DNA of 64,000 nt from Minutocellus sp. GHC0000111 (taxonomy: Eukaryota): NCBI GenBank assembly GCA_977018835.1, contig OZ361258.1:186001-250000 (forward strand), written 5' to 3'. The position numbers were made by a program, and so were the translations under genes. Below the pieces are notes generated by a model. That model had not been told where the DNA came from. It saw only the letters and a program-made list of their open reading frames with translations, and searched no databases. How positions within the stretch are numbered: the first letter of the stretch is position 1; each line of letters begins with the position of its first letter. Below, in pieces: positions 9,109 to 20,301 of the stretch.

Positions 9109-11398
9109 TCATTCATCTTTCTCATTGGCCCCATCTATCCGCAATGAATTCAACTGCTGTAGTGTGTTTTCCAACTGAGTCAATAACAATTCCATTTTTC
9201 GGGCATTGTTCGAATCGAGATCTTGCCGATTTTCCTGGTGATCATTTCCACTGCTATTGGAGGAAAGGGGCGGAGCTTCGCTTGGCTGTGGAGCTGAAGC
9301 GTTGTCCGACGATGATACTGACGATGAAGGTGCCCGCGGCGTGGTGGATTTTGATGACCCTTTTGCAAGCTTGGCTCTGTGTTTGGCTACACCCTTCAGC
9401 TCCTCGGCGACTTCTGGATACTCGTTCAGGAGTATGTTCAGATTTCGTCGAGACAACGCCTGCAACTCTACGACAGTGACTGCTTTGATGCTGGCTCTTC
9501 GAATACCACCCATTATGCAGCCGATTTTTCCGAAATAGGAACCAGCCTCGATTGCCAATACTTCCTTTTCTCCGTACAATACAGTTGCATGCCCTCGAAC
9601 TAAAAAATACATCTCGTCGGCTTGACTTCCTTCTCTCACAATGGTGTCCCCCACCTGAAACACCATTGGTTGTAGCATAGACAGCGTGTCCGCTACGAAT
9701 TGGGGCACCTTTCCAGCGAAGAAGGGGATCTTGGCAATCAAGTCTCGCTCTAGATGGAGTAGTATATCTGTACGCAGCGTGCTGCCCAGTTCTTCGAGCA
9801 ATGCGTCTGCGTCATAGTGATTGTTCAACAAAAAGGTCCTTTGCGAGCTGCGAAATTCAAAGTAACTTCTCACTCTTTGAGCGAGAGGGAGGGGTAGCTT
9901 CGCGCTGCGGATAAAGGCGTTGACGCTCAACATTTTGTCTCTAATCGCCTTGTTTTGAGAGTCGAAAGTGCTCATGATTGAGGACATTGAGCTCACTACG
10001 ATTGCATACCACGAGACACCGGTGAGCATCATCATCATCGAGAATGCTTGTTCCTGAGGGGTTCGCGCTGAGACATCGCCGTAGCCCACCGTTGCAAGCG
10101 TCGAGAACGCCCAGTACATGCTCGCCACGTAACGATTTGCAACTGGCTTTTCATGATACTGGTATCTGAACATCCAACCGCCTTCCTCGTAATCATTGCC
10201 ACCTGTCAGTCCAATCAAGTAGAAGAAACAACCAACGATGTGCGTAACAAGAAAGACGAGGCTGATAACCTTGACCATCCTTGCGACGCCGTGGTGTATG
10301 TTGTATTCCGTCTCGAGCCTTGATATGAATTGCTGAAGTCTCGCGAGTTTCAACAGCTTGGCCGCTCGCAGAAATTTCAGGAGCTTCGGGAGCCTCCCGA
10401 CCTTTCCTATCTTGTTTGTTAAACCGATGGCTGGATGGGAGAGAACCAAACCAAAGGGAAACGTGGCAATAACGTCCACGAAAAAGAAGCCCTTGAGATA
10501 ACGCCTCGCAATGCGCTTGGGGTTCACGATAATCCGCTTGGTCTTGGGATCACCATACGCAGTGAGAAAGTTGAGGACGATATCAATAGCAAATAAGCAG
10601 TCCGCGGCGAGCTCAATCCAAAAGATGGCTTGACGGTCCGTACCAATGTCCTCGTCGAAGTAAAAGCAAACTCTACATGGAATGTAGAACGCCAAAATCA
10701 ACAGAAGACACGTCATAAATATGTCCCAAGAAGTTCGAAATCGATTGTGTGGAAGTAAAATGTACCAGGGTTTCTTTGAGGGAATGTAGAACGTTCCCTT
10801 ATGGTGCCCCCCTTCCGGAAAGGCTGTTCGACGCCAGTGATTTGACGTTGCCGCGTGGGTGGGCAAGGTGTCTGGGATGATGTCACTTACGTCGTCGTCG
10901 TCGTCGTTTCTATTATCGTCGTCATTGTCGGGATCTTTAGCTGGGTGCAAGGCTTCACTTCCTGTATCTGTCTGTTCCACTCTCGATCGGAAGTTTCTGT
11001 GCTATGGTATGCCTTATTGGAAATTTAATCGATGACGACCTTTGTCGAAGGCCACTGGAGTTGCGGTTCGATCCATTATTGAGGGCAGTAGCAGTAACAG
11101 ACGGGTGGATCCGTGCGCTAGTGCCTGGCTGAGATGGGTTCGATCCAAGAGAGGCGGATAAAGCTGCCGGATTGGACGATCTTGCCTGTTTATGATCTTC
11201 TTTGTCATCCTCGTCAGTCGAGGAGTCAGAATCCGTGCATATCCGCTCAACCTGTCTCGAGAGTGCTCCAGAGACATCAGCGCCCATTGAACTTCTTCGT
11301 CGTTCATTGTTCTTTTCCAGTATAGAGCTTCGGACTGCTGAGTTGAGCATATCGCCTCGTCTCCCGCGTGGATTGTTTGTGGGTAAGAGGCTCTGCAT
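9109..11398 (-). CDS. Cyclic-nucleotide-binding-domain K+ channel (EAG/HCN/CNG-like); apparent frameshift near 10990
   Basis: Six-TM layout, basic S4, pore TLATVGYGD, C-linker, CNBD (EG..ADEMYF..RG, RRASI). Upstream ORF 10955-11398 is the likely N-terminus. Confidence 0.88.
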
Positions 11399-11457
11399 GT
11401 GTGCGTAGCGTCGAAGGTGCGACTGCAGGAGTCATGCATCATGCATGTCACTCGCGA

Positions 11458-12954
11458 TCATTCACTTCCAGCATTGTTCTTCTGAGCGTGAACAGTGTGC
11501 CACTCCTCTTCGCTTAGAATCGGAGAGCGGCACATAGGGCAACAGTCTGCCCGGCGGGCCATGAGCCAGTTGTGGAGGCAGTCCCTAATGGAGTAGAAGA
11601 GAGAAAAGCATGATTTATAACCTTCGTGGTGAGGAGCTGATCCTAGCTCCAAAAATGGGTCGGTACGCAGCATGCGTCGTAAGAGTCTACTTTTGTGCAT
11701 GAAACAAAAGATGCGCAAGCTCACCTGTGAAACATGTGTAGACAACGGTCTGATCTCATTGCTAGCATCTCCCCATCCTCTGTGATATTGGCCAAAAGGA
11801 CGAACATTGAAATAATTTGAGACTGTGTTCAAAATGGAAGAGAATGATTTCTTTACTTTTCCTCCAAATCTCAAACAACAAAACCACTCACCATACTCAT
11901 CCAAACATATTGAACACAGTCGAGATGATTCTCCCTTGGCCCCATCGCCACTCTCGTTGAATTCCTCTACCGATGCTCCTTTTTCTTCAGCAGCGACAGT
12001 TTCCATTGTCCTATCGCTCATGCGACTTCGGATGCTGGCCGAGAGAGCAGCCTTGACACCGGCAGCATATCCCTTGGCTTTCTCTTCGTTTGCGTTGCTG
12101 TCGCCATTCACCGCTTCCTTGTGATACTGGTGATAATCCAGCACGTGGTCCAAAACTTGCCGCTTCTCCTCCATCGTCAACGTGTGCTTGAAGTGGTTGG
12201 CCTGCTCTTCTTGCGCGGCAGCCTCCTCGTCTGCCTCCAGCACCTCGCGCATGAATTCCATCCTCCTTCTGCACCGTTCCTCCCTAGTCCTCAGGGCCAG
12301 TCCATATCGAAATCGCTGCACGCGCGATAGTTGCAGTCTGGTCGCTCGGTCGGTATCGCCGTCGGCAATGCGCTGTCGCAATTCCCTTTCGGTGGCCACC
12401 AGCTGATCCAAGCGCCGTATCTGCTCATCCAACATCTGATGACGCTGCTGCTCGCGACGGAGTCGGACGGACTCGCGGTACGAGTCAATGTCAAACACAT
12501 ATCCAAAGAAGCTCCAGCTGGTCGGGTGGAGGCAGTTGGGTAAGATGGATGATGATGATGATGATGATGGGCCCGAGATTCGGCGCCCTATTGCGAGATT
12601 CACGCCGCTGTCATCGGCAGGGGTAGTAGCAGAAGCTGCCTGGTCTTGATTGCTTGCCTCGCTACTAGGAGAATTAGTATCAGGATGTCCTCTTTGTCCT
12701 TGTTGCTCTTCGTCGTCGTCATTGTCAGCAGCGGCATCGTTAGCATCGTTGCCAGCATCTTGGGACGACGCATCTCGTGTTGACGAAGAATGAGAATTGC
12801 GGCGGGACGGCGGCGGAAGGCTCGCCTTGGGTATGCAAAACTGATACAAAACGAATGGATTCCCCACGGCTGCTACACAGATTATGCAGGCGGCAGCCGT
12901 GAGGCTCACGGCGCAAAGGATGATGCCGCCAGGCCCGAGCTGGGAGGCCGTCAT
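11458..12954 (-). CDS. TM-anchored RING-H2 E3 ligase (ATL-like), 2 introns (11780-11891, 11585-11724)
   Basis: Splicing at GTGAG..AG sites restores CSICLDEYEDGEMLAMRSDRCLHMFHRDCLHNWL...CPMC; N-terminal hydrophobic helix. Confidence 0.85.
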   Translation of the reverse strand: MTASQLGPGGIILCAVSLTAAACIICVAAVGNPFVLYQFCIPKASLPPPSRRNSHSSSTRDASSQDAGNDANDAAADNDDDEEQQGQRGHPDTNSPSSEASNQDQAASATTPADDSGVNLAIGRRISGPSSSSSSSILPNCLHPTSWSFFGYVFDIDSYRESVRLRREQQRHQMLDEQIRRLDQLVATERELRQRIADGDTDRATRLQLSRVQRFRYGLALRTREERCRRRMEFMREVLEADEEAAAQEEQANHFKHTLTMEEKRQVLDHVLDYHQYHKEAVNGDSNANEEKAKGYAAGVKAALSASIRSRMSDRTMETVAAEEKGASVEEFNESGDGAKGESSRLCSICLDEYGEWFCCLRFGGKVKKSFSSILNTVSNYFNVRPFGQYHRGWGDASNEIRPLSTHVSQVSLRIFCFMHKSRLLRRMLRTDPFLELGSAPHHEGYKSCFSLFYSIRDCLHNWLMARRADCCPMCRSPILSEEEWHTVHAQKNNAGSE

Positions 12955-13233
12955 GGTGGAGTGACGAACGACGCAAAAATGAGAGTACATACTAGTATAC
13001 TCCCTGAAAGGAATTGCTGCCCACATTCACCCAATCAGTCTGCTGTGGGGAGTGCTAATGAACTTTTTGGCCGTTGCCATGTTTCAATGTGCATCGAAAT
13101 TAGGACTCAAATTGTGCTACAAATACTATGTACTGCCTTCTACTCTTCTTGCAAGATTTACCATCGCATAATTCACTTCAATTCAGTTTCGATCACGATA
13201 CGATATAATTCCTCCAACGACATTGCTTGTGCC

Positions 13234-13833
13234 ATGAAGACAATGCGACGAAAGATTCGCATTCGACGGTTGAGAAAACGGAATGTGAATGTGCCACTGA
13301 ATAGCATACGTGTGTGCTTGCTGCGTTGCCCCCTACTAGGCCTAGCAAGATATGTAGCACTATCGTCCTTCCTGATTTTTATGTCGCTGAGTAATATATG
13401 TGCTGCCACATCGATCAAATGGACTCCTGCTGACGAAACCAAAAATGGCGACAACAAGCCCAATGCCGCCGCGACGGCACCGAAATCCCAGCGCTACTGG
13501 GATGAGCACGGGATTGAACGTCCCGACTATGCCAAGACGGATGCCGAGGTGGCTCGTGAAAGGGCGGCTAAATACAAGGATGGGATCAAGTCGGCGACCG
13601 AAACGTTGGGTGGAAAACTCACCGTTGGAGTGACAATTGTGGCGTTGAGTTATTTGTATTTGGTTCGAGCTGGTAAGATTGTAGCCTTTTGGGACAAGGG
13701 CAGCTTTCGTTTGGGGGGAAGCAGCAATCAAGGGCGTTCAGGGTATGCGTCCTCTTTCGCCTCTTCCCCAAAGGCTTCAAGAGAGGAGGCAAGGAATGCT
13801 CGACTTGCTAGATTTGACAAGAAGCTAGAGTAG
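13234..13833 (+). CDS. Small membrane protein of unknown function
   Basis: Hydrophobic segment, TAPKSQRYWDEHGIERPDYAKTD block, second TM, C-terminal R.ARLARF; start uncertain. Confidence 0.55.
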   Translation: MKTMRRKIRIRRLRKRNVNVPLNSIRVCLLRCPLLGLARYVALSSFLIFMSLSNICAATSIKWTPADETKNGDNKPNAAATAPKSQRYWDEHGIERPDYAKTDAEVARERAAKYKDGIKSATETLGGKLTVGVTIVALSYLYLVRAGKIVAFWDKGSFRLGGSSNQGRSGYASSFASSPKASREEARNARLARFDKKLE

Positions 13834-14082
13834 TATCTACGAGTACTAGCTCTAGACTAGACTAGTAAATGTTACCGGTACTGCATGGAAGCAACGAAAC
13901 GAGGGCGTGGAAGCTATGAATGAATCAGTCCAATGTCAATGTTGGGCTCTCTGATCGATCTGCTTACGATCGTAGAGGTGAAATGATTATTTATTATTTG
14001 ATGCGTCGGCCACTCCCTTCGCAAGACTGGCGCAGACTCTGCATTTGTGGCATCACATCCAGATAGCACCGTAAAACGCAGC

Positions 14083-16113
14083 ATGATTCGAAGGCAGTCG
14101 CAAGAGGATGCCACGTCAGCGGCAATAGAACAATTGCGGCTGAAAGCGGCTGCGAGCAAGAGTAAGAAGCCCGCTTGTAGTAGGAGCCTCCTCAATTCAC
14201 CACCTCCCACCAAGCCATTCACTCGCCGTGATTTGGAACTGGCCTGCCGAAGGAGAAGGGTGGGGAAATCACTCAATGGCAATTTTGGCAATGGCAATAC
14301 AACAAAATTATCTCAATTGAAAGCTAAAGAAGGCGCTTCATCATCACAATCCCCGTACAATGTCAAAACAAAGAGAGCTGGATTCTACAAAGGCGGCAAT
14401 AATGATGATGGTGGCAATATCAGGTCGAGACCCATGATGTCAAAGGCAACAACATCCCCTATCACTGGCACCAACACTGCTGCAACGGCCGCAGCCGCCA
14501 TCGATATCGACGCAGAGGGACAAGTGCGCTCGTTGGACAACGGAGTCAAGCAATGTGCGAGAAAGTTCAATGACTGCAAGGCAGAGGCAGACAGATTAGC
14601 AATGGAACTTCAGAAGCGTCTTGACGAACAAGCCAGCCTCGAGAAGGAGGGCGCTGCCCTCGACGATATGATTGCGGGCAACAATCCAGAGGCTCAGAGG
14701 ATAGCAGCTCTGACGGATGAAATCAACGATGCCAATACTGGCGCCGATGAAAAGTTGCGCTATCGCTTGCAGCTCAATCACATGCTGCAGAGATGTCGGA
14801 AGAATTCTGTTTCACTCGACAAGCATTTGGGTGCCATGACGGATACTCTCGAGGCGGCTCGAAAAGAACAGAAGCAGTGCGAGCGAATGTTGGGTGAGGT
14901 AGAGGCTGGATTTTCCGATGCCGTCCGATCTCTCGAGTCGACGGTACGAAGCTTGGAAGTAGAAAAGGATGGACGGGACCGAACGCTTGCCGACAAGCGA
15001 TCCGATGCCAAGAATTCCTCCATGCTGGAGACTTGGCGCAACGAACGAGAAACTAGTCGTCAGGATCTGGAAAAATCTCTCGGAGGGAATTTGCGCCAGG
15101 AAAAGGAAGAGCTCAAGGAGCAGATGCGACAACGACAGAAAGACATAAAGCTCTTGAACAAAGAGGTTGGCATCAAAGTTAGTGTCGCCGGTGACTTGGA
15201 GGAGATTGGGACAACGATAAAGCAAGCAACTGGTCTCAATGATTTGGAGGAGATCATTGAGAAGCTTCAGCATGCCAAGGATCACCACGAAAAGATGCTG
15301 TTGGAACGTGACGACGCCGAAGATCGTCTGCGAGCTGCTAGGCATATGCTGCAAGATGCTAACGTTTCGAGTGAGAACAATGCCACCAGGGGTTATGGAG
15401 ATACGGAGTTAAACCGATACCTCCAGGATGAGCTGAGCCAATCTATCAACAACGAGCAGATGCAAGGGAAGGTCGTGCGATCGACAAATGTGCGACTGGA
15501 AGCGGTGCTTGTGGGCCTAAGGCAGGGGAGCATGGGCCTGTATCAAAAGCTTTTGCCGTTCCATCCAACATTGTTGGACTGTGATCCGCCCAAGCTGAGT
15601 GACACAACTTCGTCGTCGCCCATTCAGGCGGCGTACGACACTCTGGAGATATTGAAAATCTCCTCTCATATCCTGGGAAAGATGCTAGATGCAGTCGGTG
15701 GTATTGATCGAGTGCTTGAAATGGATTCGGCATTGGTTGAGGAGAGTAGTACTAGGAGTGAGGCTGAAAGGGGCGTTTGTGAGAACGACGCCATTGACGA
15801 GTATTCCAACCCCAACTCTGCCGCTCGAGAAAATTGTAGAGTCGAAGCAAATACCAATAGAAGTAGTAGTCCTCTCGTGCAGCGTGGCAGCGACGGTGGC
15901 GGCTGTGATGAGCGCGGCAGTGATGGTGGATACCAACGATGCCCATCACGTGGGACCATGAAAAGAGCCGCGAGCATGAGTGAGAGGGAGGCAGGCGTCA
16001 TGATAGACCCGGCGTCTCCAGGTAAAACTCGAGCAGTAGCACGGCCCGCACGAGACCGAGAAAATCCCCTCACAAGAGTAGACGATGTTTGTCAAGATCC
16101 CTTATTGGAATGA
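14083..16113 (+). CDS. Long coiled-coil protein, possibly an outer dynein arm docking complex (ODAD/CCDC151-like) subunit
   Basis: About 400 aa of heptad repeats with Y..QL.HML.R and IKQATGLNDLEEIIEKL, which resemble ODA-DC motifs. Confidence 0.5.
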   Translation: MIRRQSQEDATSAAIEQLRLKAAASKSKKPACSRSLLNSPPPTKPFTRRDLELACRRRRVGKSLNGNFGNGNTTKLSQLKAKEGASSSQSPYNVKTKRAGFYKGGNNDDGGNIRSRPMMSKATTSPITGTNTAATAAAAIDIDAEGQVRSLDNGVKQCARKFNDCKAEADRLAMELQKRLDEQASLEKEGAALDDMIAGNNPEAQRIAALTDEINDANTGADEKLRYRLQLNHMLQRCRKNSVSLDKHLGAMTDTLEAARKEQKQCERMLGEVEAGFSDAVRSLESTVRSLEVEKDGRDRTLADKRSDAKNSSMLETWRNERETSRQDLEKSLGGNLRQEKEELKEQMRQRQKDIKLLNKEVGIKVSVAGDLEEIGTTIKQATGLNDLEEIIEKLQHAKDHHEKMLLERDDAEDRLRAARHMLQDANVSSENNATRGYGDTELNRYLQDELSQSINNEQMQGKVVRSTNVRLEAVLVGLRQGSMGLYQKLLPFHPTLLDCDPPKLSDTTSSSPIQAAYDTLEILKISSHILGKMLDAVGGIDRVLEMDSALVEESSTRSEAERGVCENDAIDEYSNPNSAARENCRVEANTNRSSSPLVQRGSDGGGCDERGSDGGYQRCPSRGTMKRAASMSEREAGVMIDPASPGKTRAVARPARDRENPLTRVDDVCQDPLLE

Positions 16114-16195
16114 AGTACAACTAACTGCAGTATTAGTTCGCATTTTTACCTACGCCAATGCCTGCTTCATAAATCAGCTATATTTTTTAAGTCGG

Positions 16196-19100
16196 CTACA
16201 CTGCAAACGCAGACCTGCCATGGCGAGACCGTATTTTGCTACGACTGCCGGTGCTTGATGGCGACATTCGCATGGGAGATGCGTCACTACTAGTATCGCC
16301 GCCGCTACCTGCTCCAATTGAGCCACGTTTGCCCTTTTTACGTGAAGCCTTCCGAGACCGGCTTTTCCGTCTGCGGGAAATGTACGGGCCCGTCCTATTG
16401 TCGCTGCAATATCGTCGAAAGAAGGTGAATTTCTTGCGTACTGTATCGAGAACAAGAATTGAAGAAGAAAGTACGATGATTTTGAGCAAGTCAATCAACG
16501 GCAACGCCTCGGTTTGGAAGATCTCTTGGAGAGGCGGAAAGTAAATGATGAGTAACTGCCCAACGATGGAACTCCCAGTGGCCCAAAGAAAGCTTGGATT
16601 TGAGAACAAGTTGAGTTCGTAAAAGCAAAGTTCGGACGATCTGCAAGCATATGCGTTGAAGAGGTCAAGGTTCATGAACGTCATAAACGTCATTGTTGTA
16701 TCTCTGCGGGTTACTTGTCCATCGTCGAGCTCATCGGCAAAAATTCCAAGTGTGAGAAAGACGATCCATGCTGCAGAAGTAATGGCGCGTATAAGGAGTG
16801 CCCTGGTGAGGACCGAATCCTCGGCATTTCTTGGTTTGGCCCGCAAAATGGCCTCGTCGACAGGCTCAACTCCGAGCGATTGTGCGGGAGGGCCGTCCAT
16901 CACAATGTTGATCCAGAGAATCTGCATAGCATTGAGTGGGTTTGGCAGTCCGAAGATGGTGGCGATGGTTTCCATGGTCAATGCGGCAAAGGACGTTGAT
17001 AGCTGGAACGAAAGGAAATTACGAATGTTGTAAAATATGCCCTTGCCTTCGGCGACAGCATGGCAAATCGTTGTAAAGTTGTCGTCGGCAAGGACCTGTT
17101 CATGATGGGAAGAACGTAAGCAAAATGTCAGAGATAACCCACAGCCATAATGGAAAGGAAGAGAGCAATTTATTTCAGCCAACGAAACTTACCATATCCG
17201 CAGCTTCTTTGGCAACGTCTGTGCCCTCCTTGCCCATTGCAATTCCAATATCGGCAGCCTTTAGTGCGGTCGCATCATTAACGCCATCTCCTGTCATGGC
17301 CACAATTTCCTTCTGTCCTTGAAAGGCGCACACCAAGGCAAGCTTGTGTCTGGGAGCAACTCGGTAGAAGACCTTGACACCGATTATTGCTTCGGCGAGA
17401 GACTGAGGGGGGATGGCATCCAGCTCTTCACCGCTCAAGGCACCAGTGACACCACTTTCCAGGTCGTCCATGGGATTGTGTGACACGGGTTGATGGGATC
17501 CGGAGTGAGCAGCAGAACTCGAGTGAAGAGAGGTATCGATTGGTCCTACAATGCCACATCTCTTGGCAATAGCGATTGCAGTCTCTTTGCTATCACCAGT
17601 GACCATTAGAACATTGATTCCACCACTACGAAGAACACTAACGGCTTCCACAACGCCCTCTCTTGGTGGATCTTCCATACCGATCACACCGGCAAAGGTG
17701 AGATCATCGAGCGATGGACCGTACGCCATCCCCAGAACACGAAGACCGTTGGCCGCCATTCTGCGAGACTGGGTCAGGGCGCGACTGCTACCCTGGTCTG
17801 TGAGGGGTGTGGCCGATCCATCGACGGCAGTGTGAGATGTGCACTCGGATAGAACAGCCTCAGGCATACCTTTTACAAAGTAAAGAGATCCGTCCACCGG
17901 TTGGGTGGTGGTACTGTTGGGATTGACTTTTCGGGGAGAAGATTTGGGCCTTCTTGCGGCGATTGTGAATGCAGTACAAGAGTGGGCGCCGCCGACTGGC
18001 CGAGCTCGGACCTCCATCCTTTTTCTATCACTGGAGAAAGGAATCTCTTGTAAACGATGATACAAAGGCCGAGGATCAGGAACGCCAGCCTTGACAGATC
18101 CGATCAAAAGGGCCAGCTCAGTCGGTTGGCCGGACATGGCTGCGCCCGAAGTACCCTCAATGGCTTCATGCACTTCGCTCTGAATGACTGCGTTGTTGCA
18201 CACACTTGCAACGCCAAACACTGCCGATATAGCTGTGTGCTCCATTGAGGTCTTCTTCACTCGCTGACAACCCGCTAGTTTTGCATTTTCGTCGCCCATG
18301 TCGGCATCCTCGGCGGCATCGCTACGAACCAATTCACCCTTGGATATGTCATATCCGACGCCGGTCAATCCGAACGAAAGACTGGGAAATGCTAGGGTAT
18401 AAATGCTTCGTGCGGTCATTTCGTTTTGCGTCAGCGTTCCTGTCTTGTCACTCGCAATCACAGTAGCACACCCCAACGATTCCACCACCGGCAACTTTTT
18501 GATAATAGCATTTGATCGGGCCATTCGAAGGACACCAAGAGCGAGTGTCACGGTGACGCAGATGGGCAAGCCCTCAGGGATTGCTGCGACCGCTAAACTG
18601 ACAGCCACCGTAACGGTCTCCAAAAAGGGCCGACCCATGAACCATCCCAGCAGAGCAATGATAGCGATGGCAACGCTCGACACATAAGCAAGGGTTTTGC
18701 CAAGCTCGTCGATCTTGAGCTGAAGAGGCGACTTGCGGCTTTCTACCTCGCCCAACTCTTGTGCCACCTTGCCAAACTCGGTCCTATCACCAACAGCCAC
18801 AACTAGTGCCCTTCCCCTCCCACTGCATACGAGCGTTCCCATGAAGCAAATGTTGCTCTGACTTGTGAGAGGAGGTGCCGGTGAGGTATCGCTCAGTATT
18901 TGCATGGCATCGCCGCTTTTCGATACCGGATGATTCTCTCCCGTTAGCGACGATTCGTCCAACGTCAGCTCGACACCATCGATGACACGGCAGTCGGCCG
19001 GCACCCGATCGCCGGTGCTGAGCAAGATAAGATCCCCCACCACCAAGTCCTTGGCGGGGAATTCATCCGTCACTCGTCCATCGCGCAAGACCGTACACGT

Positions 19101-19733
19101 GTGCGGCACTAAATCCGTCAGCGCCTCCAATGCCATCTCACTTCGATATTCCTGGACGGCCGCAACCAGACATACAATGGTCAGGGCAAGCGCGATGGAA
19201 ACGGCGTCCGATGTCTGCCCCAATGCGAGGCTGATGGCGGCACTTCCCAGTAGCATCAAGTTGAGCGGTTCCTTGACCTGATCGGCAAAGGCATGGATGA
19301 CGGGGAGGGCGCATGGCAGGGCCGACACGATTCGCGCACATCTCCGACCGACAAGTGGCAGCTTCTGCAAAAAGGCCAGGGTGCAGTCCTCGTCCTCCTC
19401 CTTGTGGATGGAATTGTCCCCGAAGCTTCCCCTCAAGGCATGAACATGGGCGGTGGACCAACCCCTGGAGAGGAGGTGGGTGCTCTCCCTCCAACCGCCG
19501 GGCTTACCGGCCGCTATGCCCCCCAGGCTGGACAGGGCGCTGGCATTGCCCAGAGCACCGGACCGGCCGGCGGGGGTGGACAATAGGAGGGACGAGAGCT
19601 TCCGAGCCGCCTCGGACACATCCCAAGAACACTCTTCGTTGCGGCTGTAGGGGTAGGCCGAGGACGAGGTCGAAGACTGGTTCTCATTGCTACTGCCGCC
19701 ACCACCGTCCATCGATGATGCCGAGTGCATCAT
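16196..19733 (-). CDS. P-type IIA Ca2+/Mn2+ ATPase (PMR1/SPCA-like), intron 17096-17192
   Basis: DESSLTGE, AIPEGLP, SDKTGTLT, TGDS, MTGDGVND, spliced DMVLADDNF, ILWINIVMDGPPAQSLGVE. Confidence 0.95.
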
Positions 19734-20301
19734 TTGACTTGTAATTTATTTGTCCAGACCAGACCTGAAGCGGCGATACGTTGGGTTTCGATATCAACGA
19801 TTTCTTTCAAATGTGTAGCAGTTGCATTGGCTCTCTGTATCTACTGGTGCTCATGCCGTGAATGCGGGAGGCACCAGAGAAAGAAATGACCTCATGCTGG
19901 TTGCTGGTATGGCCGGTGGCGGTTTGCGCGATGCTTTGTCAAGTGGAGCGACCCAAATCAAACAGCTGAAATTTTTGTAGGTTTGACTAATCACCCCAAA
20001 ATTGGGTGATGATTGTTTTTGTGGCTGGCGCTTGCTTTAGCAGAGCGGTGTTGTTGAGGTCAGCTCAGATGTGTCAGTCTCCTCCTCCTGATGAATCATT
20101 TTGAATCAGCCTCAACGTCAGCCTGGTCAGCCTGATCTTCATTGTAACTACGCCCTCATCGATCGAAGGGGGTTAGCAACCCTTGCTCGTAGACTAGCTA
20201 GACTCTTTATAGGACATTTAGATCAACTACGGTAGGTACATATATAGGCGCCTATATAGACTAGTCCGTTGGACTGAACACGTAAACTGCAACATGATTT
20301 C

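Noticed and set aside
12790..13233. N-terminal extension of the 347-aa ORF
   Set aside because: Overlaps the RING gene start and AT-rich intergenic DNA; probably not coding.
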